A stretch of DNA of 64,000 bases from NCBI GenBank assembly GCA_039815185.1, contig JBCBZT010000001.1, positions 192,001 to 256,000 of the forward strand. Direction: 5' to 3'. The DNA is from Cyanobacteria bacterium P01_A01_bin.123. GTDB taxonomy: Bacteria > Cyanobacteriota > Cyanobacteriia > Phormidesmidales > Phormidesmidaceae. Made by a program: the position numbers and the translations under genes. The notes beneath the pieces are model-generated. The model ran no database searches. It was given only the letters and a program-made list of their open reading frames with translations, and was not told where the DNA came from. Positions 9,720-18,484 of the stretch are shown one piece after another; within the stretch, counting starts at the first letter, position 1; each line of letters starts with the position of its first letter.

Positions 9720-9858
9720 TATGGTGATGGGGTGATCGAGTGATGGGGTGATGGAATTTCTTGATCTTCTACTCCCTTGATCACCCACCTTCTCTATCTT
9801 CCCCACCTTCCCTATCTTCTTCACCTCTACGCCCCACTCCCCCACTGCCCTAACCTCC
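9720..9858. repeat. Intergenic short tandem repeat element, inverted relative of the phnI insertion
   Basis: (TGATGGGG)n, GGAATTTCTTGATC core, then CCTTCCCTA-like and CCCCACTC units. Confidence 0.75.
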
Positions 9859-11022
9859 ATGCACCCTAACTCTCCAACCAAACTCGCTCTCCAAGGTGCC
9901 ACAGTCCTCACCCCAAACGGATGGTTAGAAGACGCTACTGTACTGATCGATGCGGGTCAGTTTGTCGCAGTAAACCACGATCTTAAACCCAGTAGCTACT
10001 TGGCCTTGGATGTCAGCGGACTGTACATGCTACCCGGCATTGTAGACATTCATGGGGATGCCTTCGAGCGCATGATTTGCCCTCGTCCTGGGGTGAATTT
10101 ACCTCTAGATATGGCGTTGGTAGAAAACGACCAAGCCTTACTAGCGACAGGCATTACGACCTTTTTTTACTCGATTACTGACTCCTTTGAGCCCGGTTTG
10201 CGCAGTCGAGACATGGCAAGGCAGCTGATCACCCGGATCACCGCCCCTGACAATCAGTTGCGGGTTGACAGCCGCGTTCATATCCGCCATGAGCAGGCCA
10301 ATACGGCCAATTACGAGGAGCTGTGCTGTTGGCTAGAAACTCGCCAGGTCACCCTACTGTCGCTCAACAATCACTTGCCCCCTTCACTCGATGATGCAAC
10401 CCTCCAGCGATATACCAAGGGGCTACGCCAGCGGATTAAATTGTCTGAAGCCGACATCCGCGCGCTGATTGAAGCTGCATGTTCCCAACAAGAAGAAGGG
10501 CTATCCCAGTTTGACGCTTTGGTACAGCACTGTCACCAACTGGGTATTCCCATTGCGTCCCACGATGACGAGACCGAAGCAGATGTGGCCCAAAGTCGAG
10601 ACCGGGGCGTCGCGATCGCCGAATTTCCCGCCGCCATCCCCCTAGCCGAACAATCCCGCGCCTACGGGGCAGCCGTGCTGATGGGAGCCCCCAACCTAGT
10701 CCGTGGCGGCTCCCACGTCGGCTACATGGGTGTTGCCGAAGCCGCCGAAGCCCAAGTCCTTGACTGCCTCTGCTCCGACTACCACTACCCCTCACTATTC
10801 CATGCCCCTTTCCTGCTAGCTGAAAAAGGTCTGATGCCCTTTGAACAAGCCTGGAAATGCGTCTCACAATACCCAGCCGCAGCCGCCAAAATCGGCGATC
10901 GCAAAGGCAAAATCGCTCCTAACCACGACGCTGACTTCCTCCTCACCGCACCTAACCAGCCCCTCCCCAACGCTATCCGCGCCGTCTATATTCACGGCCA
11001 AGAAACCAGCACATACTCCTAA
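9859..11022 (+). CDS. phnM: Second PhnM-like amidohydrolase
   Basis: PGIVDIHGDAFER, ASHDD, AEFP, MGAPNLVRGGSH, CSDYHYP; distinct subtype from the first PhnM. Confidence 0.88.
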   Translation: MHPNSPTKLALQGATVLTPNGWLEDATVLIDAGQFVAVNHDLKPSSYLALDVSGLYMLPGIVDIHGDAFERMICPRPGVNLPLDMALVENDQALLATGITTFFYSITDSFEPGLRSRDMARQLITRITAPDNQLRVDSRVHIRHEQANTANYEELCCWLETRQVTLLSLNNHLPPSLDDATLQRYTKGLRQRIKLSEADIRALIEAACSQQEEGLSQFDALVQHCHQLGIPIASHDDETEADVAQSRDRGVAIAEFPAAIPLAEQSRAYGAAVLMGAPNLVRGGSHVGYMGVAEAAEAQVLDCLCSDYHYPSLFHAPFLLAEKGLMPFEQAWKCVSQYPAAAAKIGDRKGKIAPNHDADFLLTAPNQPLPNAIRAVYIHGQETSTYS

Positions 11023-11119
11023 TCTCAACCCGTTTGGATTTTAGATTTTGGATTTTAGGATTCTCTCCCCATCTCCCTATCTTTCCCCACTGCTCCACTC
11101 CCCACCCTCCCTACATCCC

Positions 11120-11671
11120 ATGACTAAACTCACTACCCTCACCACCCTCTACTACCAACGTGGCCAAGCCCAGTACGGTGGCGAAGCCGTTAGCCAACTT
11201 GAGCATGCTCTCCAGTGTGCCACCCTAGCTGAACAAGCCGGACAATCAGCTGGGCTGATCACAGCTTGCCTACTTCATGATCTGGGCCATTTGGTTCACC
11301 ACTTAGGTAAAGACGTCGCCGACCGAGGCATTGATGATCGGCATGAATATCGGGCTAGCCCTGTTTTGGAAACACTGTTTCCTGCCGCTGTCACTATGCC
11401 GATTCGACTCCATGTCGCCGCAAAGCGTTATCTCTGCGCTGTTGATGAAGACTACTGGGCATCCCTGTCTCCTGCCTCAAAGCGCAGCCTCGAACTCCAA
11501 GGCGGCATCTTTTCAGCGCCAGCTGCGACTGCTTTTATTCAGCAGCCCTATGCCAAAGATGCTGTGCGGCTTCGCCGTTGGGACGATCTGGCCAAGGTCC
11601 CTAACTTGGAAACGCCGGACTTGGAACACTTTGTCCCGTTCATGCAAGCAGCTTGCCATAAGGTGTTTTAG
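11120..11671 (+). CDS. phnZ: PhnZ-like HD-domain phosphonate oxygenase
   Basis: YGGEAVSQLEHALQ, LLHDLGH, HVAAKRYL, LSPASKRSLELQGG, LRRWDDLAK; upstream TTG start lies in tandem repeat sequence. Confidence 0.85.
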   Translation: MTKLTTLTTLYYQRGQAQYGGEAVSQLEHALQCATLAEQAGQSAGLITACLLHDLGHLVHHLGKDVADRGIDDRHEYRASPVLETLFPAAVTMPIRLHVAAKRYLCAVDEDYWASLSPASKRSLELQGGIFSAPAATAFIQQPYAKDAVRLRRWDDLAKVPNLETPDLEHFVPFMQAACHKVF

Positions 11672-11747
11672 AAAACATGCGATCGCATGCATGTTGCCCA
11701 TTCAACAGCATTTTTGAGCAGCGTTAAGCAACCCTGAAAGATTAAGA

Positions 11748-11850
11748 TGTAGCAGTCGTCAGTCCGATTAAACAAGACTGCGAGCCAGATTGTCTGTAGA
11801 CTCAGCACCGCAGCGATACTCGGTGCATTAAGCAAGGTGGCAGTACTATC
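11748..11850 (+). mobile_element. Diverged copy of ~105-bp MITE-like element
   Basis: GAGCCAGATTG...GACTCAGCA...CGATACTCGGTGCATTAAGCAA shared with 18346-18450; degenerate ends TGTAGC...ACTATC. Confidence 0.65.
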
Positions 11851-12384
11851 TTTACAAAGAAGTTAAGTTTTGTAGCGCTCTTAATCCTTATTGAAATGCC
11901 TAATTTAGCTAAATTACTTTGATGATTCAGCTATATGACGGTTGTTATATCAAGGTATTCATTGGTATTGCTAATAGCATACGTTAAGAGACATTTTGAT
12001 GCGTCCAAGTGATAGTAAAAAAGTGCACTCTAAGCGGATATTTCTAAAATCCTTATGTTGGCAACTAAGCGATTCGGATCTCCCTGCCTATCCCTTCTAA
12101 AGCGAGGTGTAGAAACTATCTCTTCTTCTTTTAAGAGAGGAAGCGTGAAGGTAGGAGGTGCTTAGCATCACAACCAACTACTTTTCAAATAGCCGCTACG
12201 GATTTTGACAGTCGTGCTTAGTTTAAAGATTCGGTTAAATCAAGATCATGTTGTCGGTATCTTAGGGAACCCTTGAGGCTAAGGTTCTCTAAGGCAAGGC
12301 TCTCTCTGCTGTTGAAATTTATTCAATTTCTAGAAACCGCGATCTGGGTAGCAAAAGCTACGTTGTGCATACAAAGGCCGCTAG

Positions 12385-14742
12385 ATGGCAGGAATCAACC
12401 TCAAAAAACTTGTTAAGAAGCTCGTTCTGCAAAAGGAAGCTTCCCTAATTCAGGATGTGGTTAAGGCTATTGATCCTGATGCCACGATTCAAACGGCTGA
12501 AGGTAGCCTTTTGTTTAATGGCATCGTGAGGCATCATAGCCATCGCTACCCAATTGCACTAGATGGACAAATCTTGGGTTGGGTCAATGGCAATGAGAAT
12601 TCTCGGGCGATCGCAACTTTGCTATCCCAACTGATCCATCGAGAACTCGAAAAACGCACCCTGGCTCAAGAATTGCTCAGCAAATATAAGGAAATTTCCC
12701 TCCTATTCAACCTGTCAGAAAAAATCATCGATAGTTTGGATGTTCAGGAAGTTGCCTCCCTAGTTTTGGAAGAAGCCCGACAACTGCTGAATTCAGGTAA
12801 TGGGGCACTGCTGCTGCTACACGACAAAACCGCCCTATTAGAGAGCATCGCGACATTTGGTAATGATGGATTGTTTCAGCAGACCATCCCTATAGGCCAA
12901 GGCGTGATCGGTAATATCGTTCAAGTCGGCCGGGGTGAAATCGTCAATGACGTCCGTTCAGATCCACGAAACCCCATCGGCAATGGGCATATTACCTCAC
13001 TCATTTGCGCGCCCTTAAAAAATAAAGGCACAACCATTGGTGCGATCGCATTGAGTCATCCTCGAAAACGCGCCTATAGCACTGAAGATCTAAAGCTGCT
13101 CACCACCCTAGCTTGTCAGGCTGCTGGGGTAATTAAAGCCCTGCTCCATGAGCGGCAACTTAAAGAAAGCCGTCAGAACGATCTGATCCTGCGGCTCTCT
13201 AGTCAAATCCGCGATTCTTTAGAGCTAGATGCCATTTTAGAAACTGCCGTCAGCGAAATTTATACGGTTCTGCACCTCGATCGCTGCTGCTTTCTCTGGT
13301 ATCAAACCACAGCCAGACAACACCAGCAGAACAATGATGGGATGGATGCATGTTCCCTGCCCCATTTGCTCGGTGGGTTCGACATCGTCACCGAGTCTAA
13401 GCGTTCAAACTTATCTTCGTTGATTGGGTTTTACCCGCCCGAGATTGTCGGCGGACTGGCGCGGCGGTTTTGTCAATACGATCTAGTGCGCATTGACGAC
13501 GTTCAAAAAAACCGTGATGCAGCCACGCGTCAATTTTTGCAATCCCATCAGTTTGCTGCCTTTTTAGCCATTCCCATCCAAAACCGCTCGGGGCAAATTG
13601 GAGTGATCTGCTGTGGCACCAGTCAGGAACCTAGAACCTGGAGCGACAGCGAAGTGGCCTTGTTGCAAGCAGTAACCAATCAACTGGCGATCGCCCTCGA
13701 TCAGGCCGAACTCTATGACCACAGCCGCAAGGCTGCCCAACTCGCCCGAGACAAAGCCCAACAGCTCGAAGCGACCGTCGTGGAACTACAACAAACCCAA
13801 CTGCACCTTGTGCAGAGCGAAAAGATGTCGAGCATTGGCCAAATGGTCGCAGGCGTTGCCCACGAAATCAACAATCCAGTCAGCTTTATTCACGGCAACT
13901 TAAGACATGTCCAAAACTATACCGAAGATTTGATCGACCTAATTCAGCGCTATCAACAGGAGTATGACAAACCCAGCGAAACCCTGCAAGAGACCATTGC
14001 CGATGTCGACTTAGATTTCCTCCTCCAAGACTTACCCAAAACGCTTAAAAGTATGGCAGTTGGCACTGAGCGCATCCGAGAAATTGTCCTATCTTTGAGA
14101 AACTTTTCTCGCCTGGATCAAGCTGACTCTAAAACAGTCGATATCCATGAAGGCATTGACAGCACCCTGCTGATTTTGAGTCATCGGCTCAAACCTAGCG
14201 ATAACTTCACCGGTGTTGAAATAGTCAAAGCCTACGGTGATTTACCGCCAGTGGAATGCTACCCCGGTCAGCTGAATCAAGTGTTCATGAATATTTTGGC
14301 GAATGGGATTGATGCCTTAGAGGAGTCAGGAGTCAGGCGTCAGACGTTAGAAGTCGATCGTCAGGCATTAGGCGTCAGATCCACCAAGCCCTCATTCTCC
14401 TACGCCCCGACTATCACTATCCGCACTCAGCACATCAGCCCCAACCGCATTCGTATCTGCATTACCGATAACGGTCCCGGTGTTCCTCCAGCGGTGCAGG
14501 CCAAGCTATTTGATCCCTTTTTCACGACCAAAGGCGTTGGCAAAGGGACGGGTTTAGGCCTTTCTATCAGCTATCAGATTATTACCGAGCATCACGGTGG
14601 TACCCTGAGCTGCCAGTCAGAACCCTGGCAGGGAACTCAGTTTGTCATTGAAATCCCGATTCGGCAAGGCGATCGCGAAGATTCTCCCCTCACCGGGAAA
14701 CCTAATGGGAGAGAAGGGATGATGATATCTTCCCCGACTTAA
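12385..14742 (+). CDS. GAF-GAF sensor histidine kinase
   Basis: Two GAF-like domains; H-box VAHEINNP; LNQVFMNILANGID; FFTTKGVGKGTGLGLSIS. Confidence 0.92.
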   Translation: MAGINLKKLVKKLVLQKEASLIQDVVKAIDPDATIQTAEGSLLFNGIVRHHSHRYPIALDGQILGWVNGNENSRAIATLLSQLIHRELEKRTLAQELLSKYKEISLLFNLSEKIIDSLDVQEVASLVLEEARQLLNSGNGALLLLHDKTALLESIATFGNDGLFQQTIPIGQGVIGNIVQVGRGEIVNDVRSDPRNPIGNGHITSLICAPLKNKGTTIGAIALSHPRKRAYSTEDLKLLTTLACQAAGVIKALLHERQLKESRQNDLILRLSSQIRDSLELDAILETAVSEIYTVLHLDRCCFLWYQTTARQHQQNNDGMDACSLPHLLGGFDIVTESKRSNLSSLIGFYPPEIVGGLARRFCQYDLVRIDDVQKNRDAATRQFLQSHQFAAFLAIPIQNRSGQIGVICCGTSQEPRTWSDSEVALLQAVTNQLAIALDQAELYDHSRKAAQLARDKAQQLEATVVELQQTQLHLVQSEKMSSIGQMVAGVAHEINNPVSFIHGNLRHVQNYTEDLIDLIQRYQQEYDKPSETLQETIADVDLDFLLQDLPKTLKSMAVGTERIREIVLSLRNFSRLDQADSKTVDIHEGIDSTLLILSHRLKPSDNFTGVEIVKAYGDLPPVECYPGQLNQVFMNILANGIDALEESGVRRQTLEVDRQALGVRSTKPSFSYAPTITIRTQHISPNRIRICITDNGPGVPPAVQAKLFDPFFTTKGVGKGTGLGLSISYQIITEHHGGTLSCQSEPWQGTQFVIEIPIRQGDREDSPLTGKPNGREGMMISSPT

Positions 14743-14843
14743 ATGAGTCAGTTCGCCAAGCTGCCCTGCTGCCCTATCCGCCACTGATCAACGATGGGGC
14801 TCCTTAAATTTTGTCTGCACCGCCGTTACTACAGCCATATTGC

Positions 14844-17666
14844 ATGAATACCCAAGCCTCAGCTACATCTCAATCCTCTCAAGATCGCACTTTGCTAAAC
14901 CGAACCAAAGGTTGGCTCAATCATCTCAAGGTTGGTCACAAGATTACCCTAGGCTATGCCATGGCATTGGGCATCGCCCTTGTCGGTACGGTAGCGGGCG
15001 TTAGCATGGGTAATCTTTATGAACGCAAGGCATCTGCGGTTCAAGAGGACGCTATCGAAGAAATTCTTGAGTTAAAACGCTTAGAAACAGCCTTGATCAA
15101 AATCGGCGTGAATGAAAGAGATTTAGTCACCTGGCTCGATAATCCTGAACAATTTCGAGCAACCTATAACGCCTATCAAGAAAATGTTCTGCAATTTCAA
15201 GAAGACTGGTCTGAGCTACTAGAAGAGTATGCAGAAGATACAGAAGCAGGGGTTGAGAGAGAAGAAGAACTCGAATTTTTGGAGGATTTAATCGAAACCT
15301 ACGACGGGGTTTTAGAATCCTATTTGCAGGAAGTCAATAGCTTGATCGCAAGTTTAGAGCTTGCTGAATTACAAGGGGCAAAACTTTCCCAAGCCCGCCA
15401 AGACTTAATTGAGTTAAATCGTCGCCCTGCCTCCTTAGCGCTAAAGCAATTCTCAGAGCAGCTTTCTGAATTTGTTGAATCGATTGAGACAATCGAGTTA
15501 ACCGAAGCCAGGGAGGGGGTTGAACAAGCCGCCCAGATCCGGCTCCAGATCATCGCCATTAGCATCTTGCTTTCGCTGATTGTTTCAGGGCTACTGGCCT
15601 TACGAGCTAGTCGCGCCATTAATCGCCCCCTAAAAGCCCTAGAAGAAACCGCATTGCAGGTGACGCAAGACGAAAACTTTGATCTACGGGCCACGGTACT
15701 CAGCAAAGATGAGATCGGCACGCTGGCAATGGCGCTGAATCAGCTGATCGAATGGGTCGGAACCCATACCCGTTCTCTAAAAGTGACCCAGCAAAATCTA
15801 GAGCGTCAGACTCAAGAACTCAATGCCATTATCGACAACTTAGGGGATGGGCTGTTGGTCACCGATCCCCAAGGGAGCATTACTCGCTCTAATCCAGCCC
15901 TGCGACGCATGTTTGACCTTGAGGACACTACCTTAAGCGGTCAGTCAGTCGAGACGATTTTTGATGAATGCATTACCCAACTCATCAGCCAAAATCAGGA
16001 AGATTCAAAGGCAAACCTGAGCACAGAGTTAGCGCTAGATGCAGACCGAGTCGGGCAAGCCCGAGTAACAACCATCATCCCTAATACAGAGATAGCTAAA
16101 GGGGATGAAGTTCAATCCACAGGTTCTGTCGTCTTGATTCGGGATATTACCGCTGAGAAAGAAGTGGATCAAATGAAGACAGACTTTATTTCCACCGTCT
16201 CCCACGAGTTGCGGACTCCACTAACTTCGGTGCTGGGTTTTGCCAGGCTGATTCAGAAAAAACTAGAAGATGCCGTGCTGCCAGCGGTGACCGTCGAAAA
16301 CAAAAAGACTGAGCGGGCTGTGCGTCAGGTCAGAGAAAACCTGCACATCATTTTGTCTGAAGGGGAACGCTTAACCTCACTGATCAACGATGTGCTAGAT
16401 ATCGCCAAGATTGAGGCGGGCAAAATCGAGTGGAATATGCAGCCAATAGTCGTTTCGGAGATTATTGAACGGGCGATCGCCGCCACATCAGTCCTGGCCC
16501 AAAATAGTGACCTGGCGATCATTCGCGATATCGAACCCGAGTTACCAGAAGTCATAGGCGATCGCGATCGCTTGTTGCAAGTGGTGATTAACCTACTTTC
16601 CAACGCCATCAAATTTACCGACAGCGGTTCAGTCACCTGCCGGGCCTACCCACAAGATGATGGCATTACCATTAGCGTCATTGATACTGGCATGGGTCTA
16701 GCCACGGAGGATGTCGATAAAGTCTTCGAGAAATTCAAGCAAGTAGGCGAAGTCATGACCGATAAGCCCAAAGGCACAGGTCTAGGGTTGCCCATCTGTA
16801 AGCAAATCGTTGAACACCACGGCGGGCGGATCTGGGCTGAAAGTAAACTGGGTCACGGCAGCACCTTCTCCTTTACGTTACCTTTAAGCATTGCACCAGA
16901 AGCTGAGGTTGCTAAAATCAACCTGCAAAGTCTGGTACAGCAACTCAAAGAGAATGTAGGCCGCGCCGTCACGCCAGATGAGAAAACCCAGAAAACGATT
17001 CTGGTCGTCGATGATGAACCCCACATTCGCAAACTGCTACGTCAAGAGCTAGAGTCCGCGGGTTATCAAGTAAAAGAAGCTAAAGACGGTATGGATGCCC
17101 TCAAGCAGGTCAAGCTTACCCCCCCGGATTTAGTCATCATGGATGTGATGATGCCCAACATCAATGGTTTCGACCTAGCTGCCGTGCTGAAGAACAACCC
17201 CGCCACTATGGATATTCCCACCATTGTGCTTTCGATTATTCAAGATCAAGAGCGGGGCTATCGTCTGGGCGTCGATCGCTATCTGAGTAAGCCTATCGAT
17301 ACCAACGTATTACTACGGGATATCAAAACCCTCTTGTCTAAGGGAACGTCCAGTCGCAAAGTTTTGGTGGTCGACGTAGACACCTCCACAACCAAAACCC
17401 TAACCGAGGTGTTGATTTCAAAGGGGTATACCGTCACCGAAGCAACCAGTGGTCACGAGGGTATTGAAAAAGCCCTCTCGCTTAAGCCCGACATGATTAT
17501 CGTCGATTCGGCCATTTCCACTGAGCACAACCTAGTCAAAACCCTGCGGTTCGACAACGGTTTAGAAAATATCTTTTTCATCATGGTGAATCAGTTGCCG
17601 CCCGGACAGAACCCGCAAACTGACAATCGTGAACTAACCGTTACGTCTGGCGACGTCGTGATGTGA
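14844..17666 (+). CDS. Membrane hybrid histidine kinase (HAMP-PAS-HisKA-HATPase-REC-REC)
   Basis: Two TM helices; DEIGTLA HAMP; SHELRTPL; GTGLGL; two C-terminal receivers, the second degenerate. Confidence 0.92.
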   Translation: MNTQASATSQSSQDRTLLNRTKGWLNHLKVGHKITLGYAMALGIALVGTVAGVSMGNLYERKASAVQEDAIEEILELKRLETALIKIGVNERDLVTWLDNPEQFRATYNAYQENVLQFQEDWSELLEEYAEDTEAGVEREEELEFLEDLIETYDGVLESYLQEVNSLIASLELAELQGAKLSQARQDLIELNRRPASLALKQFSEQLSEFVESIETIELTEAREGVEQAAQIRLQIIAISILLSLIVSGLLALRASRAINRPLKALEETALQVTQDENFDLRATVLSKDEIGTLAMALNQLIEWVGTHTRSLKVTQQNLERQTQELNAIIDNLGDGLLVTDPQGSITRSNPALRRMFDLEDTTLSGQSVETIFDECITQLISQNQEDSKANLSTELALDADRVGQARVTTIIPNTEIAKGDEVQSTGSVVLIRDITAEKEVDQMKTDFISTVSHELRTPLTSVLGFARLIQKKLEDAVLPAVTVENKKTERAVRQVRENLHIILSEGERLTSLINDVLDIAKIEAGKIEWNMQPIVVSEIIERAIAATSVLAQNSDLAIIRDIEPELPEVIGDRDRLLQVVINLLSNAIKFTDSGSVTCRAYPQDDGITISVIDTGMGLATEDVDKVFEKFKQVGEVMTDKPKGTGLGLPICKQIVEHHGGRIWAESKLGHGSTFSFTLPLSIAPEAEVAKINLQSLVQQLKENVGRAVTPDEKTQKTILVVDDEPHIRKLLRQELESAGYQVKEAKDGMDALKQVKLTPPDLVIMDVMMPNINGFDLAAVLKNNPATMDIPTIVLSIIQDQERGYRLGVDRYLSKPIDTNVLLRDIKTLLSKGTSSRKVLVVDVDTSTTKTLTEVLISKGYTVTEATSGHEGIEKALSLKPDMIIVDSAISTEHNLVKTLRFDNGLENIFFIMVNQLPPGQNPQTDNRELTVTSGDVVM

Positions 17667-17698
17667 TTTTCCCTGTTTGATTCTCTCTTTTGCCTATT

Positions 17699-18079
17699 AT
17701 GAACAAAAGCATTTTGATTGTTGATGACGAAGCCTACATCCGCGTGCTGATGGAACAAACCCTAGAAGATCTTGAAGACGAAGGGGTTGAACTGCTGACA
17801 GCCTCAAATGGGGCAGAGGCATTAGCGCTGATCCAGACCGAAAAACCTGATCTGGTTTTTCTAGACGTGATGATGCCTAAAATGAACGGATTTGAAGTGT
17901 GCCAGGCCGTCAAACAAGATACGACTATCCAAAACACCTACATCATCATGCTGACAGCTAAAGGCCAGGAATTTGACCAACAGCAGGGGCACGAAGTTGG
18001 TGCAGACTTGTACATGACCAAGCCCTTCGATCCTGATCAGGTGTTGGCCACAGCCACACAGATTTTAGTGCATGGATAG
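17699..18079 (+). CDS. Single-domain response regulator
   Basis: ILIVDDE, LDVMMP, MLTAKG, TKPF. Confidence 0.92.
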   Translation: MNKSILIVDDEAYIRVLMEQTLEDLEDEGVELLTASNGAEALALIQTEKPDLVFLDVMMPKMNGFEVCQAVKQDTTIQNTYIIMLTAKGQEFDQQQGHEVGADLYMTKPFDPDQVLATATQILVHG

Positions 18080-18311
18080 GGCCTTAGGGGCTGGTATGAA
18101 TCTCATCCCCAACTTAATAATAGACATGCAAATGCCCGTCATGAACGGCTATGAGGCAACTCAGCAGATCAAAGTCCGACGCCAGGGACAGGCAACTACC
18201 ATCATTGCCTTGACCGTCAGCATCTTAGAAGAGGAGGATTTGTTTGTGCTTGCTGTCGGGTGCGATGATTTTGTTAGCTCACAATACGCATTTTCTCGCT
18301 GGCTAAGATGA
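18072..18311 (+). pseudogene. Truncated receiver-domain fragment
   Basis: DMQMPVMNGYEATQQIK...IIALT...GCDDFV; lacks the N-terminal acidic strand and the KP motif. Confidence 0.65.
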
Positions 18312-18315
18312 CCGC

Positions 18316-18345
18316 AAATTAACCATTATTAAATTAACCATTATT
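18316..18345. repeat. 15-bp perfect tandem duplication
   Basis: AAATTAACCATTATT twice, abutting the MITE-like element. Confidence 0.8.
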
Positions 18346-18450
18346 TATAGCGGTAGCCACAAAGCTTTGTGCGCTACCGCGAGCTAGATTGCTTGTGGAC
18401 TCAGCATCCTGACGATGCTCGGTGCATTAAGCAATCTGGCCAGCGCTATA
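18346..18450 (+). mobile_element. ~105-bp MITE-like element
   Basis: TATAGCG...CGCTATA ends; 92/105 nt identical (hand count) to the inverted copy at 28940-29044. Confidence 0.8.
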
Positions 18451-18484
18451 ACTTAAAAATTTAGACATACGGCTAGCGTTACCC

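Noticed and set aside
9648..9911. Minus-strand 87-aa ORF resembling the PhnI insertion
   Set aside because: Translation of the repeat element, antisense to the operon; not a gene
11033..11119. TTTTGGA/TTTTAGA and CCCCATCT repeats giving a longer phnZ ORF
   Set aside because: Ordinary cyanobacterial short tandem repeats; true start more likely at 11120
12261..12293. Inverted repeat CTTAGGGAACC...GGTTCTCTAAG upstream of the kinase operon
   Set aside because: Single occurrence, no U-tract and no recognisable riboswitch motif
14321..14380. GGAGTCA-like heptamer run inside the kinase ATPase domain
   Set aside because: Common repeat-derived loop insertion in cyanobacterial kinases
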